Assembly: GCA_026023565.1 (NCBI GenBank) | Contig: JAPETS010000023.1 | Coordinates: 310,001 to 374,000, forward strand | Source: Cirrosporium novae-zelandiae | Lineage: Eukaryota | Direction: 5' to 3' | Length of the DNA: 64,000 nucleotides | Shown here: positions 1-13,793 of the stretch, one piece after another | Numbering within the stretch: the first letter of the stretch is position 1 | Layout of the letters: every line of letters begins with the position of its first letter | Program-made: the position numbers and the translations under genes | Notes under the pieces: model-generated | What the model saw: only the letters and a program-made list of their open reading frames with translations | What the model was told of the DNA's origin: nothing | The model's database searches: none

Positions 1-54
1 ACTTGTTAAATTTTCTAACCTAGTGGTGGAACTTTGCGGTGTGAGGTTTTATTT

Positions 55-2733
55 TTATGCATACCCTCCCCGTCCACGTCCATGGGCTCGGTATGTTGAG
101 TTTCCACCTCGTGAGTACAATGACCCTCGACCTCTTAAAGAGCCATACTTGGAAGGTGAAGTAGATGGATTCGACGAGCTTGATTTAGAGGAATTATGGG
201 TAGATAGGAAGGATTGGAAGCGGGTCACGAGGTCCTAGAATTGAAACCTGTCGTTAGAAATCTTCCGAGGGAAGAAAGGGGAAGGTTATAACCTACCTCG
301 AAATCACAATCATCCATGCTCCCAAATTCCGGTGCCTTCGCAACCTTTAGCTCCCGCACCCTTGGAGACATAATCCCAAATGCGATTCTTGCGAGTGTCA
401 CGGCATCAACGACTTCTCTGTGAGACACTAAATCAACCACGCCTTCTAGTAAAGAATCCCGAATTGGTATCTTTGGCGCCGGATGGAATATCGCGGGATT
501 TCCAGTCTTGCAATATGTACATCGACCGCATTTTTCATCAGGCACGGGTATCTTGTCGCCAAAGTATGCGGCCAGCTTTGCAGCTAGACAAGCCTTAGAT
601 GTTGCCCAGTCGACGACACTTTGGACGCGCTGGAGGGCATCGCGCTCGCGGTTGCGGAGCTCAACGTGGAGTTTCGATGCTATGGTGACAATTTCTTGGT
701 CCGTGGAGGGTAAAATGGATTCCACGCGATAACAGTTTATGACACCCGAAGATTTGAGTTCGATCATTCCATCGTCGTTCCATTGGTTTAGCTTACGGAT
801 GACCGAGGCCCGAGTGAGTTTGTTTTTGGGCGCAGAGTCGACATCGATGTTATACCAGAGCTTTGCGAGGCGGGCATGCTTGTTGATGAAGGCGGACTCT
901 GGGGTAGCGTCTATATGGGTTTTGGAGAAGTTGGACGCCGGTTTGTACATGAATTTGCTATATTTTGGGGTTATTGCCCTAAATAGACCAAAATGAAGTT
1001 CTAATTGTGCGTAGAGGTTGTGAAGGGTGGGGAGAGGCATATCCCATGCCGTGGTTTGAGGGGATAAGGCAATTTCCATGATCTCCCCTGGTCTGAGACC
1101 AGCGTGGTTAGTAAAGATTTCCTGTAAGAGACCAATAACACCACCTAATGCCGGGGTGCCGCCTCGAGCAAAACTTTCTTGCTGTTTTAGATCGTTGCCG
1201 CAAAGGAATAATACACACTCGGATGGCTTGCCATCACGGCCAGCACGGCCAACTTCTTGGCTATAGCCCTCCAGGCTTCGGGGAATGTCGAAGTGGATGA
1301 CGTAGCGGATGTCTGCTTTATCGATGCCCATTCCAAAGGCAATCGTAGCAACAATTATTGTGTTTGGTTCCTGCATAAAGGTATCTTGCACACGCGTTCT
1401 GTCCACTGTTTCTATGCCAGCATGATAAAATAATGCTTTGATTCCGGCCTTATTCAAGCCTTCAGCGACACTTTCTGCCTGCTTCTGTAAGGTCACATAG
1501 ATGATCGTGCTTCCGAGATGGGCTTGAAGAAAAGATATAAGACGGTCTAGCTTATATTTCCTTACTAGATCCCCATCTTCAGAAGATGGAATACTTTCAA
1601 CAGACAAGGTGAGATTAGGCCTATAGCTGCTGGTCCTGAAGAGACCTTCCCTTTCGTTGATATTAAAAGAACGGCAAATATCAGAGGCAACCTGAGTGGT
1701 GGCGGTTGCTGTCAAACACACAACGCGCTTGGCGTTAATCTCTTTCACAAATCTGGCAACTTTTAGATAATCTGGTCGAAATGCGTGACCCCATTCTGAA
1801 ACGCAATGAGCCTCATCAATAGCAATCAAGCCGACACCGGAACCTGTGTGCGCGCGCTCAATTATTGTTTCGACGAAATTCTCATTATTCAAACGCTCCG
1901 GAGCAACATAGAGGATTTTCAAGGTACCATCTTTGATTGCGTTGACTGTATCAAAGTATTCTTCCCTGGATTTGCTAGAATCGAACGACGCTGCGTGAAT
2001 ACCGAGTCTTTTGAGCGCTTCCACTTGATCCTTTTGCATGTTAATTGTATTTCCCAGAGGTCAGGTAAGGTTGCATATCGAACAAGAATGAGCTATATCT
2101 GGGATGAATTTACACAAGAACTGACTCAAGATGTCATGAATTCGTGTACCGAGATATGGGAAGAGACCACGCTCCTCTAGCTTCAAGTTTCTTGAACAGC
2201 TTTGGCATGGATATGGCTATTGAAAACTGTAAGAAGAAAACAAAACGGCATACCTTCATGAGAGCAATCAAGGGGCTCACAACTAAAGTTAACCCATTTA
2301 TTGCTAGGGAAGGTAGTTGGTAACAAAGACTCTTCCCTCCACCAGTAGGGAATATGACCACTGCAGATTCACCGGCGATCAGTCTTGAGATAACGGGACC
2401 TTGTAAATGACGGAAGTTATCCAGATGAAACGTTTTCTTGAGAATTTCAAATGCTGCCGGGTCAACTGAAACCTTCGGCTTTTTGGAACCAATGAAGTCA
2501 ATGCTAAAGGCATCTTCTAAGGAATTTAAAGGACGTTTTTGGGGGGTTTGTGTCTCAATTTGAGATGCAAGAGCCAAAAGGTCTCCGTCGTCACTAGAAT
2601 CAAAGTCAAATTCATCATCATTGGCTAGTTTAGTCGGTACAGGCTGGCTTTTCTTCGATGATATTGATGTGAGGGCAAGTAAGTCTTCATCGTCATCAGA
2701 GTCAAGACCAAATTCGTTGTTGGTAGGCGACAT
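55..2733 (-). CDS. RecQ-family ATP-dependent DNA helicase, 3 exons (~2733-2254, ~2030-296, ~235-55)
   Basis: PTGGGKSLCYQLP Walker A, VVSPLIALMK|DQV across a GT-AG intron, IDEAHCVSEWGHAFRPDY, LTATAT, VATIAFGMGIDK, YSQEVGRAGRDG, CGRCTYC zinc motif; terminal exon read manually ends ...HGRGRGGYA*. Confidence 0.95.
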
Positions 2734-3379
2734 TCTGTCTGTGTATAAAAGATGGCTAGTTTCTCTTTAGCATGCTATTCGAAAGTATAGTCCATAAGAC
2801 TCGACCAACTCAATAAACCCAATAGAGAGAGCGAGAGCAGTCAAAGTTCCCTCGACAGGATGCTTGCTATCTTATTAGCGCCCTTATTATCTATTACTTA
2901 TAGATGGAAAGCTCATTTGAAGGGATTTTGCAAGTTGATCTAGGAGACAACATATTTGGAAATGAAACTGTATACATACATACAGAATTTCGGAAGGATG
3001 AAGCTTCGGGTTTATGTCTTGAGAAAGGTAGGTGTACAAATTATGGTGGTGGAAATAAGATAACCTAAGGCCCTGACTCCTATGATTCCCTCGCCACGCT
3101 CATTTTCTATACTTTCTATAAGGCAACATTTTCCCGCACACCTGTGAATGTAATTTATTAACCGAAGTAATCCCGACCCTTGTCACCCCAAAATTGTTGT
3201 AACGCGATCATTTCACAACACGTCAAGCATCGAATTCATCGACGAACATCTTACTTTTCATCGTTTAGAACTACGGCATCACATCATATTCATGGCATGA
3301 GCGCCATACCCGTTGAATTTCCCGTGTCCTGGGGTGTTGGAGTTGCCTCCTCTTTCATCCATACTCTACCTCTATCATC

Positions 3380-4923
3380 ATGTCCGCAACCGATGTCAAC
3401 CCCGCCGCTCTGAGTCGCAATGATTCTGTCTCTTCCATTACATCAGCGGGACAAGCAGCTCGGCAGACACCTACATCAACAACAAAAACCACAAAAATCT
3501 CAATCAGTGCGCCTCGTATTGAGTTTGAGCAGATATACTCTAAGCTGAGAAGTGAATTGGGCGATAGTTGGAGTGAATATTATCAAGCTGTGAGCGGATA
3601 TCTTCAAGGTATTTATCTTATATATTGCGCCCGTTCTACTATTACTATATTGGATATTGCTTAAACATAAGCAAGCAATAAGACTGACATGTTCTCAGGT
3701 TCACTGACCCAGAATGAATATGCCGCTCGCATCGATCCCCTTGTATGCGCTGATGCCTCCACCGAACACTCGCATAACCAATTAATTAGCGCTATAATCT
3801 TCAATTTGACCCGCGATCCCCCCGATCATACCACTGCACACTTTGTTTCTGCTAATGACAAACCTATCACGAACACCAAGCCCTTCTCGGGCGACGCCGC
3901 CGAAGTACGTCTCAAGACAGAAGTCAAACAGATGCAACCACGGGAACGGCGACGGTTAAAGCATCTAATGGAAACAGCCGACAAAGACGAAATCGACAAC
4001 GAGTTGCTCGAGTTTCACCGTACGAAGAAACCCAAGGTACCAGAAACCAATGGCCCTGGGAGTGCAGGCGGATTGAGCAATACTAGTGAGTATTCACCTC
4101 TTGCCGAACCCTTTCACCGTGGACCCCCATCTCTTGCGAACACTGTTACTCTACCGCCCCCGGCTCCCCCAAATCCTCTATCTAGAACACTCCCAAGACA
4201 ATATCTAACACTCCCCTCTCAATCACTGCAGACTGGGATCTTGAAGTCAAAAAGCGCTACACGCAGTCGCTCTTCCTTGAAACTGGAGAATTCCCCGACT
4301 CCGAGACGCTCCTTGCGCGTATGCAACCAATCTGCTTCGAAGAAGCAGTAGCAAAGGGGTGCACTGCCCCTACCGCGTCATATATGTCCATCGCGGTAGA
4401 AACATTCCTCAAAGAAGTTTTGTCCATTTTCTTTGGGCGGACAAGATCGAATCCACCGGCAGCTCTTGGAGGCAGTGGAATTATGACGAATCGATATAGG
4501 AGACAATTGGAAAAAGAAGAGGACGGGTGGTTAAGCGGAAAAGTGCAAAAAGATGCAGGGAGTGGATTATTACCAGTTGAAGCGAAAGAAGCACAGAGTC
4601 GAAAAATGTTGGATATGAGCGATGTACGACTGGCTCTCGAGATTGGCGGCTCTCGTTTAGGACACATGCCTTATATTATCACCTCGGTGATTTCGGGCTA
4701 CTATGACGGGGAATTGGAAACCGAAAAACGACGAGCGAAGGAAGTTGAACAAGTGCACAAAATAGAGAGACGGGGACTAGTGGCAGCACTAGCAAACGGT
4801 ACGGCAACAGCAACCGATGTCGACATGGCTGATTCTCTAACGATTGAGCAATTGGGTTGGGATGTCAATGAGCAAGATGACTTAAACCGCTTACTCGACG
4901 ATTGCCTGGCTCTTGACAGCTGA
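3380..4923 (+). CDS. HFI1: SAGA complex subunit Ada1/Hfi1, 3 exons (3380-3608, 3699-4086, 4232-4923)
   Basis: PRIEFEQIYSKL..LG..W.EY, HNQLI.AI, DAAEVRLKTEV.QM.PRERRRLK, ETGEFPD..RM.PICFEE motifs typical of the SAGA-Tad1 family; GT-AG introns with CTRAC branch sites join the three ORFs. Confidence 0.88.
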
Positions 4924-6011
4924 CATCTATGTTTATTGTTTTTGCTCCCCTTCGCATCCGTTCATTCCCCGTCCTTTTCAGTTTATATTATTCCTAGAAG
5001 CCGTTGTTTTATTATGGGTATGTATGAAGGCATCTTTTAAGGCATTGTTCGGTGTTTCGGATTTTCTGCTCTTAGAAATGGCTACCAGAGTAAAAGGTAT
5101 AGTTCATTATCGGCGTTTGCGAATTTACATGTTCACGCAGTCTACAAAGGAGCATGACTGATGCAGGAACAAAAAAAAGGCAGAGCAGAGGCGTCTCGGC
5201 TGGTAATCAATGGAGGGGTTGGATATGTACAGATATGGATAGGGCGGAAATGTGCCTTTTTCTTTTCTTTTCCCAGAGATGTTTTGATACTAAGCCTGCT
5301 ATACAAACAAAAGCCCATGCCGGAAGTCCTGGATGGGTATTCTCCACATGTTAAATAAATAATTTTCAATGTTCAAATGATACCCCCCTTTAGTGAGGAT
5401 GAGACTGACCCGCAGAATAATTATATAATCACCTGTACAAACACATGCCCGAACCCTACAGCAAATTCCAAGTTTGGCTAGATAGGTATGGGGTTGAACT
5501 TAGAAGATATGAGGATGTAGTATATTTGTTTGTAGAAGTGGAATTTGACATCCGGTAGGAGGTTGGTGGTATAAATAAAAGCTTGGGCATATTTATTTAT
5601 GCAAAACATTACCAGCTTGCTTTTTAACGCGGGTGAATCAACTAATTTTCCTGTATTGAGGAGTCCAAGGAAATCGGGACTCACTCCCAGATTAAAAGCG
5701 ACTTTACATCTAAAGAAGTTCAGGGGGCTTTAGCTTGAACAAGAGAACACATCTATTCGACTCGAGATTGACAGATGCTTGGAAAAATATGGCATGCAAT
5801 GGGATTATGTGATAGCACTTATCACATTTCCTGTATACATTTCCAGATACGGACTTAAAAAAAGAACAAGAAATCCGGAACATTCCCGCTTGCAGTAATT
5901 CCCAACCCGTTCGTACCGATCCCAGAACCTTATGCGCCGTACCCATCCATGCATCCGCCCGCCCTTCTATGCAATGGGAAGCCGTCATACATATAAAACC
6001 CTAAACCCAGG

Positions 6012-8258
6012 TCAACTTGCTTTCCTTCTATCCTTTTTTAACGGAGATATCGTCCCGAATCCCCCTAATCCAACCCTCAAACCCCCCTTCGGCGCTGCCA
6101 ACGCGTGCCCACCAACGCCAGTGCTACGAGCTAACGAGCCAAATGGCTTGCTAGGATGGGGCTTTTGGGAGTCGGGCCCTTCGTCTTCGTCGAATAAGGT
6201 CTTTCCCAGACCTCCACCTAATAGTTTCCTCTTTTTCTTGGGTTGATGGACGGTGGATTCGTCCACAGTGGGGAGAGGAGGAAGCATAAGGGATTTCTTC
6301 GTGACTTTCTTGGCTTGGGATTTTTGTGTGGCTTGTTCCTCGTTGGCATCATTTTCTTTGCTAGCGTTATCACCTCCGTCTTCTTCAGCCTCTTCGGCTT
6401 CCTCGGTTACCTTTTCGAGGGATGAGACTTGCTTCGTGGTTGGTTTTCGTCTTCTAGGGTTCGTTTTTCTCGGGACAGCGTCTTTAGCAATAGAGGGTTT
6501 TTCTTTCGGTTTAACTCTTGGTTTTGCTGGAGCTCTTCTGCCTTTGAGTTTCGGCTGAGTTGTAGCCTTGACAAGTTCTTCCTTGTCTTGAACCTCGGAT
6601 TCAATAGCTAGCTCGGCCGGCTCTTCATTGTTCTTGTTTGAGGTATCATCCTCTGCCTCTTCGTCTTCGTCTTCTTTTTTTTCTTCAGCCGGGCCTTGAT
6701 TCACATCCTCTTCGGGCCTTTTAGCATGAGGCGATAGCTCATCCTCCTCGCTGTCATCAGCAGCAGTGATGGTCTTATTCAAGAACGGTGTAATTGAGAA
6801 TTCAGACTTCTCGCCAACCATAGCCGAAGCCCTCTTTTTTGGTCTGCCATTAAATCCAGGCGTTCCGATCGCAGCATCAGCATCTAGATGCGCAGCTGTT
6901 CGTTTCCTAGGGTTTTTCTCCTGGATAGCCACTATTCTTTCTTTCGCTGCGAGCGAAGCAGTTGCTTTGTCAGCTATTGCTTTGGTTTCTGACAGCTCTA
7001 CGCGCGTCGTTTTGAGGACTTCTTTCGTGGACCTTAACTTGTCACGGAAGGCATTGAGCTTGTCTTCTAGGACTAGGTTTTTGTTTTCGAGGTCTGAGGA
7101 TTGCTTCTGGAAAGTCTTCTCAAGTTTCTGGCGCTCTTTTCTTTCTTGTGCTATAGATACGCGGAGGGCCTCAAGCTCTTCATCTGTGTCTTTTAGGGCC
7201 TCACGATCGTTCCTCTCCTTCTCTTGTGCGAGTTCCTTGCGGATATTCTCGAGCTCTTCCTCTAGTTGCGCATCGCTGGTGCTCTGCTCAGCCGCATTGG
7301 CCAATGATTCTAGATGATATTTTTTCTCGGCTTCAAGTGAGATCAAGTGAGATTGGGCTGCTGCTTCAGCCTTTTGGGCTTTCTTCTCAGCTTTCTGAAT
7401 TTCCTTTTCAGCCTTTTCGCGCTCTTCCTTCTCATTTGCTAGTTCTTTTTGCAGGTTCTCTAGTTGCCTTTGGAGTTTTGTGTTGAGCTCATTGTGCTTA
7501 TCTAATTTTTCGAATGCACTATCGGAGGCACTCTTAGTAGTTTCTAGCTCGGTGGATTGCGTCTCAAGGTCTTTTTCGATCTTCTGTCTTTCTCGTTTTT
7601 CTTTGGCAAGTTCCTTTCTGATCTCCTCAAGCTCCTCCTCAAGTTTCGCATCATTTTTGTTGTTTTTATCCATTCTAGCTCGTGCCCGCTCCGACGCCCG
7701 TTTCTCTGTTTCTAACTCCACCTGCATAGAACTTAGTTGTCGTTGTAGTGATAGCTTCTCCGAGAGTAACGATTGCACTGAAGCAGCCTGGGTTCGTAGA
7801 TGCTCCAATTCAGGTTTGATATTTGAGAGTTCTCGCGCAAGTGTTAACTTTTCTGTAAGAAGCTTCGCAGAGTCGGCGGAGACACCATTCATGGCCCTCA
7901 ATTCAGCCTGGAAATTGTAAGCGTATAGTTGAGAACAATAAATGGTCACTTAACTAGCCTTCAATGTATCAACTTCCCGTGTCTTCATTCTTAACTCATT
8001 CTGCGTGCGCTGCAAATCTTGTTCCGTACCCTCAAGCTGGCCCCTTAATTGCTCCTCTGACTCCTCAAAGCCATCGACCTGCTCATCTGCTTGCGCTAAT
8101 TGATCATGGAGATCATTGTTTTCGTCTTGGAGTAGCAGTATGCGCACTCGAAGCTGTCTAGCCTTTTCTTCTTCACACGTCACTTCCGTATAACGAATGT
8201 ATTTTTCATACGCAAGCTCGAGCGCGCTTATGTTGGTGGGAGCGACTTTTCCATGCAT
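6012..8258 (-). CDS. Long coiled-coil protein with basic/acidic disordered C-terminus (function unknown); intron 7958-7908; start approximate
   Basis: ORFs 7950-8258 and 6012-7949 join in frame through a 51-nt intron; heptad-rich E/K/L region; C-terminal motifs IGTPG, GEKSEFSITPFLN, KKKRKLLGG, FGTISPLKKDRR. Confidence 0.8.
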
Positions 8259-8660
8259 CTGTGGTGATATTAGAAGGGATGAATGGAAAATGACGCGATG
8301 CGATTAGAAATATATTACGTTGATATAAGCCGCTTTTTAACCTACTCAAAATGCGATTCATGGGTATCTTACTAGGGCATGCTCCACGCGATGTGATAAT
8401 GATATGAAGTCCAAGGTTCATGCTTCAAACATTGGGGAATGAGCAGGAAGTAAAATGTAAACAATGATCAAATACAGTTTAGCTCGGTTCAGAGAAAAAG
8501 CGACGGATTAATAGTTCCACCGAAAAGGACAGACAGCTTCGTAATTGCTCATAGATAGATAATTGATATCCTTCAGTCCCTCCATAACCCTCACCTTGTT
8601 TAAATAATAATAAAATATCTATTTATTTCGGGGTTGAACGTTGTGAGGCGTCTACTCAAG

Positions 8661-9813
8661 ATGAAGTTCTTTCAATTCCTTCTATTTTCTAGTATACCCT
8701 TTGCAGCAATTGCTGCCAAAAAGGCCTCTGCCGATAAATTCACCGAATATCATGCCAGATCACTCTCTTCTACCCCATTGAAACTCGATTCAGAGTTATA
8801 CGAATATCTGACAGCGGCTCCGCGAAACTACACTCTTGCCGTTGAGCTTACGGCTTTGGACGCGAAGTTTGGATGCCAGCTATGCAAGGAATTCCAACCA
8901 GAATGGGAGCTTTTAGCCAAGAGTTGGACCAAGGGTGATAAGAAGGGGGAGAGCCATGTATTATTTGGTACTCTGGACTTTATAGATGGCAGGAGTATAT
9001 TTCAAAAGGTTCATACTCCAAGACCTTATGCAAATATCATAGCGATAACTAACCAAACGTAGCTCATGCTTCAAACCGCTCCCATTATTCTACTGTTCCC
9101 TCCTACTGTTGGGCCTCACGCTCCCACAGATACTCAACCCATCCGCAATGACTTCAGTCAAGGGTATGCTCCTCCATCGCATAGAATTGATCATCAGAAG
9201 ACTGATAACAAAGCTTAGCCCACAATCTGCGGAGCAAATTCACGGCTGGCTCGCTCGACACATAAGCTCCGATCCCAAGCCCCCACTAGTCCGACCCATT
9301 AACTGGCTTCGCATCATTATGACTTCAATTAGCATCCTCGGAGCCATAAGCTTCGTCAGTGTTGCCTACCCCTACTTCCTCCCTATCATCCAAAATAGGA
9401 AGATTTGGGCTGCGGCCAGTCTCGTTATGATCTTGCTCTTCACAACTGGCCACATGTTCAACCATATTAGGAAAGTTCCTTACATTGCGGGAGATGGCAA
9501 AGGCGGAGTTGCATACTTTGCAGGAGGATTCTCAAATGAGTTCGGAATTGAGAGCCAGATCATTGCTATGATATGTTAGTATTTCCTCCCAACTCCCCAC
9601 CAGCCCTCTGGCTAACCCCCCTCCCTCGCAGATGGTGTCCTCTCATTTACCATCATATTCCTCTCAACCAAAGTTCCTACCATTGCAGATGCCAAAAAAC
9701 AACAGCTTTTTGTTATTATCTTCAGCACTGTTGTCTTTGCCGTGTATAGTTTTTTGATCAGCATTTTCCGTGTAAAGAACGGTGGATATCCTTTCAGGCT
9801 GCCCCCTTTCTAA
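8661..9813 (+). CDS. OST3: Oligosaccharyltransferase gamma subunit (Ost3/Ost6, MagT1 family), 4 exons
   Basis: Signal peptide, thioredoxin-like CxxC (FGCQLCKEF), GHMFNHIRKVPY, FGIESQII, C-terminal KNGGYPFRLPPF*; introns ~9009-9062, ~9163-9218, ~9575-9631. Confidence 0.92.
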
Positions 9814-10434
9814 GGTAATATGGTGGTAACTTTAAGGGCTTTCCCACATGTGTTGGTTGAGTAAAAAGGGACCTGGAGCGGAATATAGGTCATTTTCAAG
9901 AATTAATAGAGCTAGCGCCAGCTCCAATAGCGTGCAGAGCATGCTGGCATGCTGGCAAAGGACGCCCGGCATGATATAAATCTTGTGTTATTAAGGGTAT
10001 CCCAAGGGCTTTGAGAAATGGCTGGGATGGGAAGACTAAAATAAAAAAAGATGTCATTTTTATCCTACTTTGTGTAGATTGTTCAGTACCGGAGTAAAAT
10101 GACCGGTTTGGTTCATAGATAGTGTTTGGTTGGGCTTGACCCCATCAAGTTGGCTGTTGGATCAGCGATCAGCAGGATAAATTAAAATTGTCTAGTAGGC
10201 GGGAACCAGATTTGCAACTTCCCCAGAATTTTTGCGCCACATGACGGGTTTAGTTTGAGCCTGTGAGTCTGGAACCTACCGCCTACCGCCTACCTTGGAG
10301 CCTTTGGACCTTGATAGCTCCTCTCCATAGTCAACCCTCAAATAATATTAGAAGCCCAAGGACTTTTAAACCATCTACATAGTCTTCTCAATTGTGTCCC
10401 CCACACACAGAATTTTGTGGAAAATGTTCTCGTC

Positions 10435-13400
10435 ATGACCTCGACCTCTTCAGCGACGCAGCCTTCATCAGGTGTGCGCCGCTTCTTTCGGCCTAATGTA
10501 GGTTTTGTTTACCTGTCTATCTCATGTCCTGCTAATACTGCTCAAGTTACGGCAAGCGACACTCATTCTCCCACGATCTGGAAGACGAGTGAGGCGAACT
10601 GTGACACTTCGAGGACCATGCTCTTCGACTTTTACTCAAGGCGATGCATCCAGCGAACGATCTCCTCTCCTTGGCCGGCGGAGGTCCAGGAGTGGACCGG
10701 GAACCTTTACGAAAATAGTTGAAAACTGGGAGCTTGTCTTGCGGCAGGCTTGGGCTTTGAGAAAATCAAGAATTGCCCAAGGCGTCCTTAAATGTAGTTT
10801 GGCATATTTGTTAGGAAGCATGGCCACTTTCGTGGCACCCATTGCAGCTTTCCTGGGCCACCAAGATGGGAAGCATATAGTGGCCACTATAACAGTCTAC
10901 TTCCATCCTGCAAGGTCTCAAGGCAGCATGTTTGAAGCTATGGTGTTAGCCGCTCTTGCTTTTCTATATTTTGTCTTTGTTTCCTTCACCAGCATGGGTG
11001 TTACGGTGCTTTTTGGAAATATCCTGGATCTTTTAATAGTCGGGCATGTAATTGTGCTTATTGTTTTTTGTGGTGGTGGGTTAGGGTTCATTGGCTGGTT
11101 CAAACAAAGGTTAGGAAGTCCGCTGGTTAACGTTGCATGTTCTTTAGCTTCTCTGGCCACTATTACGGTTTTAACAAAAGAAGGTGATGTTCAAGCGGGT
11201 ACATTTTCGAATGATAAAGTCATTCAGGTAATGAAGATGGTAATCATGGGTGTCATGGCTTCCACAACGGTTTCTTTTCTTATCTTTCCAATATCTGCCC
11301 GAGAGGACCTTCGGCAAAACATGATTGATATCACAGATTCCTTCGCCGATATGCTTGCCATGATTACTCGGAGCTTTTTGTGGGGCTCTGAAGATGAGCT
11401 GAAACAGCCTGCTTATAAGCAAGCTTCCGATCGCTTTCAAAAGATTTCTACGGCAATGTCAAAAAACCTCAAAGAGGCCAAATACGAACATCACGTCGCT
11501 GGTCGTGAGAAACAATATCAGATCGAGGCAAAATTGGTTAAGTGCATGCAACGACTGGCGCAAAACCTGGGTGGTCTTCGAAGTGCAGCGAGCACAGAAT
11601 TCGCTCTGCTCCAACAATCCGTTCAGGATGGAGAAGTCACGCCATTGAGTTCGGCATGGTATACTCCTGTTGGAGGACATCATGCTAATTCCTCTAGTTT
11701 ATTTTCCTCTGCAGTTGCAGAAGATCATTTTGGTATTCTTACTTCCATTGATGAAGCGCCAGAAGAGAATGAAGAAGATGAATCTGGTCATGAATGCTCT
11801 ACAGAACAGTCGATCGGGCAGCCAAGCGGCGAGATCTCTATGGAGAGCAGTTTCATATCAGCGAATAGCCCTGCAGATATTTTCTCCAAGTTTATATTTC
11901 ACCTTGGCCCATCAATGAAGTCTCTTGCTTTTACTGTAAAGCAGATTCTTGATGAGCTTCCATTTGGTCCAGCTCCTAATTTTGAGATACGAGTCAACTC
12001 TAAGTTTAGAAAGAGCCTTGAACAAGCCATAGAGCTCTATACTACAGCAAGATCCGATGCACTAGCTTTACTTTACAAATCCAATGAACTCAATAAATCA
12101 CACTCTGCAGCAATCGAGGCGGATTTCGAAGAAGTTGCCGCAAGTTGTGGTCATTTCAGTTTTTCGTTACAAGACTTCGCACAAGAAGTAAAAAATTATT
12201 TGGATATTCTGGATGAACTGCAACTTGAATTGTCAGAACGTCCTACTGGTAGAACCTGGAATTGGCTTAAATTATGGCGACGGCCGCCAAAATCAGGACA
12301 ACGACAGAAGCAAGGCGACCCTGAAAGAGATAGCCTAATTGATGGCAATTCCGAAGTTGATATTCCAGGAGATATCCCAAGCCCAGCCGAGCGTAGAGGC
12401 GCGAAGGCCTTCGAAGGGGATGTTCCATACTACCGACCTTCAGTCAAGCAAAGATTCTGGAAAATGCTTCGAGTGTTCCGTCGAGATGATATAAAATTCG
12501 CCATTAAAGTTGGAGTTGGAGCTGCATTGTATGCTCTTCCCTCATTTCTCGGTTCTACACGACCTTTCTACCAACATTGGCGTGGAGAATGGGGGTTATT
12601 ATCATACATGCTTGTCTGTTCTATGACTATTGGTGCCTCCAATACTACAGGATATTCTCGATTTATCGGCACCTGCATCGGAGCATTATGTGCCATCCTT
12701 TCTTGGACCATATGCGATGAAAATCCTTTTGCGCTAGCGGCATTTGGATGGTTCATGGCTTTATGGACGGCCTATATTATTGTTGGACTGGGAAACGGGC
12801 CCATGGGCCGTTTCATAATGCTCACTTACAACCTTTCAGCCTTGTATGCGTACTCATTATCCGTAAGAGACGATGACGACGATGACGACGAAGGTGGTCT
12901 TGATCCAATCATCTCAGAGATTGTCGCTCACAGGGTTGTCGCTGTTTTTGTTGGTTGCTTGTGGGGTCTTTTCATAACTCGCATCATCTGGCCCATCAGT
13001 GCGCGCCGAAAATTAACGAATGGTCTAAGTCTGTTATGGCTTCGTATGGGGCTTATCTGGAAGCGTGATCCTCTTTCCGCACTGATTGAAGGCGAGTCTC
13101 CAAACCCCTACATGAACCTACGCGAAGAATTCGAGTTGCAACGCTATCTCTCCCGTCTGCAAAATTTGCGGAAAGCAGCGTGCTCAGAATTTGATTTACG
13201 GGGACCTTTTCCGAATGAGGCATATGGCCGGATACTGGCTAGTACGGGAAGAATGCTCGATGCATTCCATGCGATGAATGTGATAATCATGAAGGGGTTG
13301 AAGGCGAGCGAGGGAGAGAAGGAGATACTAAGATATACAGCCAGTGAGAGGGCACAATTGTCGCTGAGGATTAGCTTCCTATTTCAAGGTATGTCTCTTA

Positions 13401-13793
13401 GTCCTTAAGAGGCTGAATAAAGTATTAACTCTTCACTCAGTGATTGCTTCATCCATGAAACTTGAATATCCTCTCAACGATGCCCTCCCAAACACATCCA
13501 ATCCCCGCGACCGGCTCCTCTCTAAAATATTTGGTTTCCGCAGGTGCCCACATTCTCCCCCTCATAGCCATCCCCTCCATTCTATCCCTACAACGTCTCC
13601 AAACCTTAGTCACGCCGACGAAGAGGAAAATAACACGGATGGATCAGATAAACACATGAGTGATGAGGACTTTGCATTACTATATGCATACGCGTTGGTT
13701 ACAGGACAGATTGCTAGGGAGATTGAGATAATTGTTAGGGAAACAGAGAAGTTATTTGGGGTGCTGGATGAGGATGTGCTTAAGTTACAATGA
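10435..13793 (+). CDS. FUSC/ArAE-type integral membrane protein (aromatic acid exporter / fusaric-acid-resistance-like), 3 exons
   Basis: LKCSLAYLLGS, VYFHPARSQGSM, KFAIKVGVGA, WRGEWGLLSYM..R..GT..GA duplicated TM-bundle architecture; introns 10498-10546 and 13389-13440. Confidence 0.88.

Noticed and set aside
6766..7920. Plus-strand ORFs of 146-183 aa antisense to the coiled-coil gene, and similar shadow ORFs over other genes
   Set aside because: Antisense shadows of real coding sequence, Ser/Phe/Leu-rich with no motifs.
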